A stretch of 64,000 nucleotides of DNA. Origin: Nitrospinota bacterium. GTDB taxonomy: Bacteria > UBA8248. The DNA is taken from NCBI GenBank assembly GCA_036231405.1, contig JAZAHK010000028.1, positions 575-64,574 on the forward strand. Direction: 5' to 3'. The position numbers were made by a program, and so were the translations under genes. Under the pieces are notes generated by a model, which saw only the letters and a program-made list of their open reading frames with translations, ran no database searches and was not told where the DNA came from. Shown piece by piece: positions 34,937 to 43,783 of this stretch (position 1 is its first letter; each line of letters opens with the position of its first letter).

Positions 34937-35905
34937 ATGACGAATAACCGGGGTCAGCAAATAATCGCGCTCGAAGAACATAACAGCGACCAAGGGCTCT
35001 TGGAACTTCCCGCCGAACAGGGTGGTCGAAGCCATAGTGGTCCGACCCTAGATCGCCTCATGGATATTGGTGAGCAGCGGATAAAAAAAATGGACGAATC
35101 CGGAATTGATATCCAGGTGTTGTCTCAGGCCTCGCCTTCGACACAGCGGCTCAACCCGACAGATGCTGCTGAGATTACCCGAGGCGTCAACGACCGTCTA
35201 TTTGAGAGCATGAAGGCGAACCCTGATCGGTTTGAGGCCTTCGCGGCGCTGCCGACGATCGTACCCGATGCCGCCGCCGACGAGATTGATCGATGTGTCA
35301 GTGAGTTAGGTTTCAAAGGCGCGATGATCCATGGCCTGACCAACGGCGCCTTTATTGATGAGCAGCGGTTTTGGCCGATCTTTGAGCGCGCGGAAAAACT
35401 CAACGTACCGATCTATCTGCACCCCGCGGCCCCTCATCCTGACGTGGTGAAGGCCTACTATTCAGACTATGCGGAGAAATTTCCCACAATCCTTGGGCCA
35501 GCTTGGGGCTATACCGTCGAGACGGCAACCCAGGGGTTGCGACTCATCCTTTCCGGGCTTTTCGACAAGGTGCCGGACGTAAAAATAATCATCGGCCATC
35601 TGGGCGAAAGTCTGCCTTTCATGGTGTGGCGTATCGATCAATCGATCAACCGCCCCGGCAGTGCGGGCGTCGCCTTCCGAGATATCTTTTGCAAAAATTT
35701 TTATACCACCACCAGCGGATTTTTCTCTGACCCCGCTATGCTGTGCTGCCTCCAAGAGATGGGCGTGGAGCATGTACTGTTTTCTGTCGACTGGCCCTTT
35801 GTCGAGAACAAGCCGGGGACGGACTGGATGGAATCTATTTCGCTTTCGACGTCGGATAAGGAACTCATCCTGAACGGCAATGCGAAGCGTATCCTGAACC
35901 TCTGA
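34937..35905 (+). CDS. amidohydrolase_2 (ACMSD/LigJ/TIM-barrel metal-dependent hydrolase) family protein. GC-rich, probably horizontally acquired.
   Basis: 322-aa ORF with GC about 58%, versus about 37% in flanking core genes. Motifs IALEEH...IHGL...IIIGHLGE...FSVDWP resemble PF04909. Confidence 0.65.
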   Translation: MTNNRGQQIIALEEHNSDQGLLELPAEQGGRSHSGPTLDRLMDIGEQRIKKMDESGIDIQVLSQASPSTQRLNPTDAAEITRGVNDRLFESMKANPDRFEAFAALPTIVPDAAADEIDRCVSELGFKGAMIHGLTNGAFIDEQRFWPIFERAEKLNVPIYLHPAAPHPDVVKAYYSDYAEKFPTILGPAWGYTVETATQGLRLILSGLFDKVPDVKIIIGHLGESLPFMVWRIDQSINRPGSAGVAFRDIFCKNFYTTTSGFFSDPAMLCCLQEMGVEHVLFSVDWPFVENKPGTDWMESISLSTSDKELILNGNAKRILNL

Positions 35906-36065
35906 GGGTGATGATAAGCTTGTTTTATCCTGGGCATTTCGGGCCAAATGAATACGTAGCTGATGATTGCCAGTAACCCAACCGATGACATTATTAAGAC
36001 GGCAATATCGGCTCGATTCCGATGCACATGAAATTAGTACCGTGCTGCCCGTGTATCTGTATGAG

Positions 36066-36114
36066 ATACAAAGGGTGTTGAATAAAGTGCACAAGAACTA
36101 CTGATTTGCTATAA
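36066..36114. repeat. 49-bp imperfect direct repeat (copy 1) containing internal inverted repeat AACTACT...AGTAGTT
   Basis: atacaaagggtgttgaataaagtgcacaagaactactgatttgctataa matches 36691..36739 at 40 of 49 positions. Confidence 0.7.
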
Positions 36115-36266
36115 AAATGCTGAATTGTAAAGTAGTTGTAAACTAAAAAATAGTTCAATATGATCAATGACTTACAGGATATTTTTTATTGAACAGGAGT
36201 GATTCTTTTCCCGTAAGTTTTCGATATCAAGTGATTTTCATTTACAAAGCAAAGGAAATTTAAAGT

Positions 36267-36659
36267 ATGCTAACTTCAATAGATCACATCGTTCTAATAG
36301 CAAATGATATGGACAAAACAATTTCCTTTTACTGCGACGTTTTAGGGATGACTTTAGAAGACTTCACTCCCTCTGGTGGAGGGGAAGCAAGAAAGTCTTT
36401 GAAGTTTGGTGACCAGAAAATAAATCTACACCACGCAAAGCTACCCTATAAGCCACACGCACATAACCCTGTCTCTGGGGCAGTTGATATTTGTTTCTTG
36501 AGTTTTACAACAATCAAAGAGTGGGAGAATATTTTCTCCAAAAATAATGTTGTGATTGAAGGTGGACCCATTCAAAAGACAGGAGCAACTGGTCCCATTA
36601 TATCTCTTTATGTGAGAGACCCAGATCAGAATTTGATAGAGATTTCTAACAAAATATAA
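36267..36659 (+). CDS. VOC/glyoxalase-bleomycin resistance-dioxygenase family protein
   Basis: 130 aa. IDHIVLIANDMDKTISFYCDVLGM ... ISLYVRDPDQNLIEI pattern of the glyoxalase I fold. Low GC (about 35%). Confidence 0.75.
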   Translation: MLTSIDHIVLIANDMDKTISFYCDVLGMTLEDFTPSGGGEARKSLKFGDQKINLHHAKLPYKPHAHNPVSGAVDICFLSFTTIKEWENIFSKNNVVIEGGPIQKTGATGPIISLYVRDPDQNLIEISNKI

Positions 36660-36690
36660 ATCAGCTTGCCAATGAATGTGCTCGTAAGCA

Positions 36691-36739
36691 ATACAAAAGG
36701 TGTTCAATAATGTACTCGAGAACTACTAATTTATTATAA
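36691..36739. repeat. 49-bp imperfect direct repeat (copy 2)
   Basis: atacaaaaggtgttcaataatgtactcgagaactactaatttattataa. See copy 1. Confidence 0.7.
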
Positions 36740-36853
36740 TATTGATGAGTAGAAAATAAAAATGAGTTCATATGTTTCAATTATTTACAGAAATGACATC
36801 ATTGAGTGGTAGTGAACCTTAAAGCTAATAACACTGGACAAAAGGAGAAAATA

Positions 36854-37594
36854 ATGGATCGTGGCATCTGGGCAGTTTGGTACGACCTACCGAAAGAGGG
36901 CGAGGATGAATACCTTTCCTGGCTACATGAAGAGTACATCCCTCAAACTCTCAAACGTCCTGGATTCCTTTGGGCTGCACATTACAGATCCATTAGGAGC
37001 GAATACCATAATTCAAGCCCTGTACAGATGGCCAAAAGGTTCATGGATGAACCCGAACTGGGACGGGGAGGAGAATACTTCCTATTATTCGGGGCAGACA
37101 GCGCCCATTCATTTCTCGACCCTGCTCCCGAAGACCTACTGAACAGTTATGACGATCGTTCTCGCGAAATGATTGCCCGTCGACAAGGAGACCGAAGCGC
37201 CTATTTCACTGAGGTAGGTCGTGTAGATGGTCCAGAGATCGCGCGGCGCGGCCCTGGTCTTACTCCTGCTCCCATGGTCCAAATGGGCGCCTATCGGTCC
37301 GACGACGAAAATTACAACATCGATGTGGAAAGCTGGTACGTCCACCATCGCCTCGCCTCTTTGCCAGAGATGGAAGGATGCGTCGGGGCACGCAAACTCA
37401 TTTCCTTGGGAGGCTGGGCCCGACATGCTATCCTCTACGAATTCATTTCACCCGAAGCGCGGGAACACTACTATCAAATCCAAGAAGCTCCCGGTGGCGA
37501 CGCAAACCATCCTACCGGTGGTGTTGTCCGAAAACTCATCCATTCACCGGACTCACCGTCTTTAGGCGTGCGCATATGGCCAGAAGTGAAGTAG
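36854..37594 (+). CDS. hypothetical protein, GC-rich, apparent internal tandem duplication of an approximately 110-aa domain
   Basis: Start chosen at the ATG at 36854 behind an AGGAG RBS. The track ORF begins earlier, at 36806. The two halves share SW(L/Y)HEE/HH..P..pGf/eGc..A. GC reaches about 60% in the 3' half. Confidence 0.5.
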   Translation: MDRGIWAVWYDLPKEGEDEYLSWLHEEYIPQTLKRPGFLWAAHYRSIRSEYHNSSPVQMAKRFMDEPELGRGGEYFLLFGADSAHSFLDPAPEDLLNSYDDRSREMIARRQGDRSAYFTEVGRVDGPEIARRGPGLTPAPMVQMGAYRSDDENYNIDVESWYVHHRLASLPEMEGCVGARKLISLGGWARHAILYEFISPEAREHYYQIQEAPGGDANHPTGGVVRKLIHSPDSPSLGVRIWPEVK

Positions 37595-37643
37595 AGGGAA
37601 GATGGCTCAAAATCAGAACAGAGACGATAAATAACAGGTTGAG

Positions 37644-38439
37644 AATGAATAAAAAAAATAAAGAACTTACTACAGCAGATATTCTTAGGAATAAATTCTA
37701 TTCTGAATCTTCAGTTTTTCAACCTGCAAATCTTTTGAGGGAGTCTAGAAGACAGAATCGAATACCTCTTGGAGATGTCCCTCCTGTTTGTATTCTGGAT
37801 CCTGATGGTAATTTGGTGGACTATCTGAAGAATAAAAATCAGACCGTAAAAAATAAATATTGGGCTTGTTACCACTCAAACTTGTACACATTTGAAGTTA
37901 ATGGATTAACAGTAGGTATAATTCCGCGCGCCGTAGGATCTTCATACGCTGTATTAATAGCTGAACAGCTGTTTGTATCAGGCTGTGAACTTTTAATTAG
38001 TATCACTTCTGCCGGTGTCATCAAGGAATTAAATTTTGACAAACAATTTGCATTGATTACTCAAGCAATCAGAGATGAAGGAACGAGTTATCACTATTTA
38101 CCAAAAAATGAACCGTCAGTGCTTTGCCAAAAGTTACTCAGTAAATTAAGAAAAAATGGGAGTCTCTGGGTAGAAGTAAATAGCTGGACGACGGATGCTC
38201 CTTACAGAGAAACACAATTCGCAATAAATGCAATGAAGAAAGAAAATGTAACCTGTGTAGAAATGGAGGCTTCTGCATTGTATGCATTCGCAAAAGCAAA
38301 AGATAAAAAAGTCATTTGTTTTGCGCACCTAACAAACACAATGGCACAAGAAGAAGGTGATTTTGAGAAGGGAGATGATTTCGGGAGCTTGGAAATGATC
38401 AAGTTAATTGAAGAGATTCTTGAAAAATTGGGACAGTGA
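37644..38439 (+). CDS. nucleoside phosphorylase (PNP/UDP/MTA phosphorylase superfamily)
   Basis: VGIIPRAVGSSYAVLIAEQL and VEMEASALYAFAKA motifs. Start reassigned to the ATG at 37644 (MNKKNKELTT). The track ORF at 37378 overlaps the upstream gene in another frame. Low GC. Confidence 0.7.
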
Positions 38440-38442
38440 AAG

Positions 38443-38600
38443 ATGCAGATTTGTAAATTCGCCATAGATCTTACTTTGACAATATTTGTTGCAAGTTGTT
38501 CTTATCCAGCGAGAATACTAGGCAAACTTTGACATCATACTTCCAAAGGATTTCATAACCCAAAAGGTAGCCTAAAGAAAAATTTCTGGTTCAGGTGTGT
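38443..38600 (+). pseudogene. 5' fragment of an MBL-fold lipoprotein gene (decayed paralog of the 41697..42752 gene), interrupted by TGA where the intact copy has TGG
   Basis: About 75% nucleotide identity over about 155 bp to 41697..41855. Compare atgcagatttgtaaattc...gcaagttgttct...cacttccaaaggatttc with atgcagaattgtaaattc...gcaagttgctct...cacttccaaaggatttc. The frame reads MQICKFAIDLTLTIFVASCSYPARILGKL*. Confidence 0.7.
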
Positions 38601-38765
38601 TCCTTAGTTTTTAAGCAGACCTTTAAAATTAATTTTTTTCAATGCCTAGAAAGTGCCGTCTAATCATGTAACGCCAAAGACAGATGCATGAGTGTGGAAC
38701 GCCATAGTTGTTATTTGAAATTGTTTCTAGTAGTCTACCGGCACACAATCAAATGAGGAGAAAAA

Positions 38766-39761
38766 ATGAAAAGATTTATGTATTCCCTATTGGCAATAGT
38801 TTTTCTATTTTTTGCGACGTCTAATGTAGATGCTAGGAAATTGAAAGATATTAAGATAACGCAGGCAGTGGCCTCCTTTGCGTTTCTGCCTATTAGTTAT
38901 GCCAAGGCTGCAGGTTTCTATGCAGCTGAGGGACTAAACGTTACGCAGATAAAGACTCGTGGTGGTGGACCAGATCTCGTTGCTTTGATGTCTGGAAATG
39001 TACAATTCAACGCTAATGCAGGGACCTACCAAATAGGGGCTCTTAAGAAGAAACGTAAATTATTAAATGTCTATAATTTCTATAAACGGAATCTAATCAG
39101 TGTTGTGATTAGCGCGAAGAAACAGAAGGAGCTTGGTGTTTCACCGTCAGCGCCTTTAGTTAAACGTGCGGCGGTTTTGAAGGGCCTACGTATGGGTATG
39201 ACACGTCCTGGTTCTCTTACTCATAAGCAGTTAAAACATTTAGCACGTGTTGGTGGACTGGGAGAAAAGGATGTTAGGATCATAGCAATTGGTGGACCTC
39301 CTTCTCTTTTGGCAGCACTAAAGAGAGATCAGATCGATGGATTTGCTATATCTCCTCCGGCTGATCGTATTGCAATTTCTCGTGGTTTGGCTGTTATGTG
39401 GGTTGATAATGCAGCAGGAGCTGATCCATCCATTGATCCATTTATGATGGAAAGTATTGTGACCACGCAGGAGTATGCTGACGCGAACCCAGATGTAGTT
39501 CGTGCTATGATAAGGGCTACTCGGAAGGCTGTTTCTGAAATCAGTAAGAAGAGTGCCAAAGAGGTTTTTGATGTTATTAAGGGGGAGTTCAAAAAAGTTA
39601 AACCTGACGTTGGAGAACTTGCTATAAAGGCAGTGAAACCTGCACTGAATCTTAAGGGAAACGTCACAAAAAAAATGGCTGAGAACACCATGCGCTTAGA
39701 TGGGCGTAAAGAAGTCAGTGCGGATGAACTCTTCTCCACATATACAGCGAAGTTTCAATAA
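38766..39761 (+). CDS. ABC transporter periplasmic substrate-binding protein (NMT1/SsuA/TauA-like; sulfonate/nitrate/bicarbonate family)
   Basis: Signal peptide MKRFMYSLLAIVFLFFATSNVDA. NMT1-like core. GC about 47-50%. Confidence 0.75.
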   Translation: MKRFMYSLLAIVFLFFATSNVDARKLKDIKITQAVASFAFLPISYAKAAGFYAAEGLNVTQIKTRGGGPDLVALMSGNVQFNANAGTYQIGALKKKRKLLNVYNFYKRNLISVVISAKKQKELGVSPSAPLVKRAAVLKGLRMGMTRPGSLTHKQLKHLARVGGLGEKDVRIIAIGGPPSLLAALKRDQIDGFAISPPADRIAISRGLAVMWVDNAAGADPSIDPFMMESIVTTQEYADANPDVVRAMIRATRKAVSEISKKSAKEVFDVIKGEFKKVKPDVGELAIKAVKPALNLKGNVTKKMAENTMRLDGRKEVSADELFSTYTAKFQ

Positions 39762-39793
39762 TCACCGATTCTTTTGTTTGAAAGTTATTTTGT

Positions 39794-40588
39794 ATGAGTA
39801 AAAACGATCCAGCAATATCCCTGCAGGGAGTGTCTCGTATCTTTCACGCACAGCGTGGTGATGTGGTGGCTCTTGCGGATGTTGAACTTGACATTCAGGA
39901 TGGTGAGTTTATCACTATGGTAGGCCCGTCTGGTTGTGGCAAGTCAACAGCTCTCAATCTTGTAGCGGGTCTTTTGGAACCGTCTGGCGGCAATGTTTTA
40001 TTCAGAGGTTCCCCAACTAGTGGCATTAATCGAGAAATTGGCTACGTTACACAGTCTGATAACCTGTTCCCATGGCGAACAGTGATTGAAAATGTGATGT
40101 TTGGTATGGAAATGCGTGGTATTGGCACCAAGGAGGAGCGTCGAGATAAGGCTTTGGCGCTCCTTGATAGAGTCAACCTGACGGGTTTTCAAGATCACTA
40201 TAGACATGAGTTGTCTGGTGGTATGCGCCAAAGGGTAAATATTGTTCGCACTCTTGCTTATGATCCTAAAGTTCTTTTGTTGGATGAGCCGTTCGGGCCA
40301 CTTGATGCGCAAACTCGATTACAATTACAAGATTTGTTACTTAAACTCTGGCATGAAAGAGAAGGGATTACCGTAATTTTTATAACACATGAATTGAATG
40401 AAGCCATAGCTTTGGCTGATAGGGTGGTTGTAATGTCTGCGCGTCCTGGCCGAGTTCGTGAAGTGGTACCTGTAGATATCCCACGCCCGCGTGATATTTA
40501 TAGTATTCATTCTGATCCAAGTTTCCGTGATATATATGATCAAATTTGGAAGCATCTTGGAGAGGAAATGAAAGAGAGTTCACTGTGA
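39794..40588 (+). CDS. ABC transporter ATP-binding protein (SsuB/TauB/NrtD-like)
   Basis: Walker A GPSGCGKST, ABC signature LSGGMRQRV, Walker B LLLDEPF. Confidence 0.9.
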   Translation: MSKNDPAISLQGVSRIFHAQRGDVVALADVELDIQDGEFITMVGPSGCGKSTALNLVAGLLEPSGGNVLFRGSPTSGINREIGYVTQSDNLFPWRTVIENVMFGMEMRGIGTKEERRDKALALLDRVNLTGFQDHYRHELSGGMRQRVNIVRTLAYDPKVLLLDEPFGPLDAQTRLQLQDLLLKLWHEREGITVIFITHELNEAIALADRVVVMSARPGRVREVVPVDIPRPRDIYSIHSDPSFRDIYDQIWKHLGEEMKESSL

Positions 40589-41346
40589 ATGTGTTCCAAC
40601 TAACTGGTTGGCGAATTCTGGTTGCATTTGTTCTCCTTGCTTCGTGGCAACTGTTTGGCGGTGATTTGTTGTCAAATCCATACGAAATTGCTGAGTATTT
40701 ATGGGAATATATTGTGACCGGAGGCGATTTCTGGCTTGATATTACCTCTACTTTTAAAGCTACAGTGATCGGTTATTTTATAGGTGCAATTGCAGGTTTG
40801 CTCTTTGGACTTTTGCTGTCGCAGAGCGAGAAAGCCTCACTAATTTTCAAACCATATGTTCTTGCAGTCTATGGAATCCCACGAATTGCGCTGGCCCCAG
40901 TTTTCATTGCTTGGTTTGGTATTGCACTCCTATCAAAAGTAATGATGGCGGGGATGGTTACTTTCATGTTGGTGTTTTTTAATACCTATGAAGGAATTCG
41001 TTCGGTTGATTTAGATCTGCACAATACTGCCCGTGTCCTTGGTGCCGATCGCTGGCAACTGTTTTTTTACGTAACATTACCTAACGCAAGTCCATGGATA
41101 ACAGCAGGTCTCAGGATCGCGATCCCTCAAGCGTTGGTGGGCGCAGTAGTTGCGGAATTTATTGCTTCGGAGCACGGTCTGGGTTTTCGTATGATGGAAA
41201 ATACCGGACAGCTTGCAATGGAAGGAGTTATGGCCGGTGTTCTTATCTTAATGTTGATTGTTGTTCTTCTAAATTCTATTCTTGATAGAGTGGAGGATTA
41301 TATCTTGCGCTGGCGCCCAAAGATAACCGATACAGAGATCGTGTAA
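40546..41346 (+). CDS. ABC transporter permease (SsuC/TauC-like, BPD_transp_1)
   Basis: Six hydrophobic segments with an EAA-like loop. The true start may be the in-frame GTG at 40585, which overlaps the ATPase stop as GTGA. Confidence 0.8.
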   Translation: MEASWRGNEREFTVNVFQLTGWRILVAFVLLASWQLFGGDLLSNPYEIAEYLWEYIVTGGDFWLDITSTFKATVIGYFIGAIAGLLFGLLLSQSEKASLIFKPYVLAVYGIPRIALAPVFIAWFGIALLSKVMMAGMVTFMLVFFNTYEGIRSVDLDLHNTARVLGADRWQLFFYVTLPNASPWITAGLRIAIPQALVGAVVAEFIASEHGLGFRMMENTGQLAMEGVMAGVLILMLIVVLLNSILDRVEDYILRWRPKITDTEIV

Positions 41347-41696
41347 AGGTTATGTTGAAAGTTAAAATAGAAAGCGTGAGGCAGAGTTTAAATTTATTGA
41401 AAGAAAAATTTGAAAATGAAAACGATTGATTGCCCTCTTGTGATTTTCGCTTCAAACATGCAAATCCTGATTGTTGTACTGCTTGTAATCAACCTCATTA
41501 TAGAAACTGCTTGAAAGCTTTTCGAGACAAAATGGAAGAGAGTCCAGAAGCACGTTTTATAGCTTTGTGTCCATCGTGTATAGATTCTATTTCGTGGCGA
41601 ATAGATGCTCAAGAGGTCGTATCTTCAAGTTGGAATGAGTGGGAGTTAGAAACATAGGAGTAATGAGAGAAGTGACGGAGAGGGCTTTAATCTAAA

Positions 41697-42752
41697 ATGC
41701 AGAATTGTAAATTCTTTATATTTTTTTTGTTGTCAATATTTATAGCAAGTTGCTCTGATGCAGCGAAAATTCCTGATAAGCCTTGGCATCACACTTCCAA
41801 AGGATTTCGCAATCCCGAAGGTAGTCCTAAAAAAAAATCCTGGATTAATCGTTTTCCTTGGATTGTGAGTAGACCCTTTAAATTGATGTTTTTTGGCATT
41901 CCAAAACTACCTCCTGAACATGTAATGAAAAAGAAAGAAGTAGTGCATGGATTAAAGGCAACTGCAGGAAAAGATACAGTAACTTGGTTGGGCCATATGA
42001 CGGCCTTACTTCGTATTGACGGCAAGTCTATTTTAACTGATCCCTGGCTTACCAGTCATGCTTCTCCGGTTCGTCCGCTCGGTCCAAAACGTTATGTCAA
42101 ACCAGCTTTGACAACTTCAGAACTCCCTCCAATAAATTTTATTGTTATTTCCCACAGTCATTTTGATCATCTTGATCTTCCCACAATCGAGGCGATTCCG
42201 AACCGAGAAAAAATCACTGCAATCGTGCCTCTCGGAATTGGCAAATATTTCAAAGAATATGGATATAAAAAAATTATTGAATTGGATTGGGAGAAATCTG
42301 TTACTGAAGACGGAATAAGTTTCACTGCGCTTCCAGTTATACACTGGTCTAAAAGATCGGTTTTTTCTACAAATGATACACTTTGGACCGGTTGGGCGAT
42401 AAAGGGTGCTGGTGGGACTCGTGTTTTTTTTGCTGGAGATGCAGAATACAGTTCCGTTTACCAAGATATTGCTAAAAGACATGGTGGTTTTGATCTTTCT
42501 TTGCTTTCTATAGGTGCTTTTTTACCAAGGGTCGTGATGCACGGTTCACATTGTGTCCCGGAAGATTGTATTAAAATAGGAAATGATATGGGAGCAAAAA
42601 ATCATCTTGGAATGCACTGGGGTACTGCTCCACTTGGAGATGATACCCCGTTAGAGGCTCTTCGACGTTTTCGAAATGGGGCTAAGACATTAGGGATACC
42701 TGCAGGACGGGTATGGATTATGAAAATCGGTGAGACGCGTATTATTGAATGA
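41697..42752 (+). CDS. MBL-fold metallo-hydrolase lipoprotein
   Basis: Lipobox LSIFIASC. VISHSHFDHLD metallo-beta-lactamase motif. Confidence 0.8.
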   Translation: MQNCKFFIFFLLSIFIASCSDAAKIPDKPWHHTSKGFRNPEGSPKKKSWINRFPWIVSRPFKLMFFGIPKLPPEHVMKKKEVVHGLKATAGKDTVTWLGHMTALLRIDGKSILTDPWLTSHASPVRPLGPKRYVKPALTTSELPPINFIVISHSHFDHLDLPTIEAIPNREKITAIVPLGIGKYFKEYGYKKIIELDWEKSVTEDGISFTALPVIHWSKRSVFSTNDTLWTGWAIKGAGGTRVFFAGDAEYSSVYQDIAKRHGGFDLSLLSIGAFLPRVVMHGSHCVPEDCIKIGNDMGAKNHLGMHWGTAPLGDDTPLEALRRFRNGAKTLGIPAGRVWIMKIGETRIIE

Positions 42753-42806
42753 GTTATACTCAAACGATCGTGTGAAAGCTAGAGTTTAATGTATAGGAGG
42801 TTGTGT

Positions 42807-43673
42807 ATGTCCGAATATGATTTGAAAGGAAGAACGATAATTGTGACTGGTGCAGGTCGTGGTCTTGGTCGAGCTATGACCGAGGCACTTACAGAAGCAG
42901 GTGCGAATGTAGTTGCAGCAGCTCATATAACAGAAGATTTTCCAGAACTTCAAGAAGCATGTTCGAGTCATCCTGGTGACCTATATTGTATAATGGGAGA
43001 TATTCGAAAATCAGACGATTGCGACAGAATTATTTCCGCGACTTTAGAGGTATTTGGTGATGTCCATGGCCTTGTTAATAATGCAGGACTAACTTTTACC
43101 TATATTACTCCGGATGCGTACAGACGAGATGCTTTTAAACAGAGAAAAGAATATCCAAAATTTTATGAAGCAAGTGATGAGGTTATACAAAACGTGATCG
43201 ATACTAATTTCGTAGGTGCAGATAAGCTATGCCGACGAGTAGTTCCTCTAATGATTGATCAGGGTTGGGGTCGTATCGTCAACGTCACAACCATGTATCG
43301 AACAATGACACGTCAGGGAGCGTCGCCATACGGTCCTTCCAAGGCCGCACTTGAATGTGCAACTGAAATTTGGGCAAAAGATTTAGCAGAGACCGGAGTA
43401 ACTGTAAATGTTTTAAATCCTGGTTCTGGTGCCGCTACTCCAGGAATGGCAGAGGAAATGAAGGAATATAGTAAGAGTTTAGAGAATCCTATCCTTATCG
43501 AGGCTGAATTAATGAAAGCTCCGATTGTCTGGCTTATTTCGGACGCAACCAATGAAATTACAGGAATGCGTTATGATGCAAAGCCTTGGGACCCAAATAA
43601 ATCTGCAGCCGAAGAAGCAGAACGAATTGGGGCTAAGGCAGGCGTTCTCCTCTACTCCATGCCAGACTACTAA
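42807..43673 (+). CDS. SDR-family oxidoreductase
   Basis: TGAGRGLGRAM glycine-rich NAD(P) motif. Start set at the ATG at 42807 behind a TAGGAGG RBS. The track ORF starts at 42789. Confidence 0.85.
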   Translation: MSEYDLKGRTIIVTGAGRGLGRAMTEALTEAGANVVAAAHITEDFPELQEACSSHPGDLYCIMGDIRKSDDCDRIISATLEVFGDVHGLVNNAGLTFTYITPDAYRRDAFKQRKEYPKFYEASDEVIQNVIDTNFVGADKLCRRVVPLMIDQGWGRIVNVTTMYRTMTRQGASPYGPSKAALECATEIWAKDLAETGVTVNVLNPGSGAATPGMAEEMKEYSKSLENPILIEAELMKAPIVWLISDATNEITGMRYDAKPWDPNKSAAEEAERIGAKAGVLLYSMPDY

Positions 43674-43684
43674 GTGGGTTATCT
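43466..43684. repeat. 219-bp direct repeat, copy 1 (native 3' end of the SDR gene)
   Basis: About 93% identical to 44982..45200. Runs from atatagtaagagtttagagaatcctatc through ctaagtgggttatct. Confidence 0.9.
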
Positions 43685-43783
43685 TCATTTCTTACCCACT
43701 TTATGTTACGATCACTGAATGAGCCGACTGCTGCCGTTATTTTGGTACGCATGTGTCGCTGCATTTATGCTAAAGGTATTTTT

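Noticed and set aside
34736-35035. 99-aa minus-strand ORF spanning the GC jump
   Set aside because: It overlaps the amidohydrolase start and its RBS. The sequence is not family-like. It is probably a GC-rich shadow ORF.
37378-37643. 5' extension of the nucleoside phosphorylase ORF (track start 37378)
   Set aside because: It overlaps the upstream GC-rich gene in another frame for 217 nt. Its translation is R/P/S-rich and GC-rich, unlike the rest of the protein. The ATG at 37644 gives a sensible MNKKNKELTT start.
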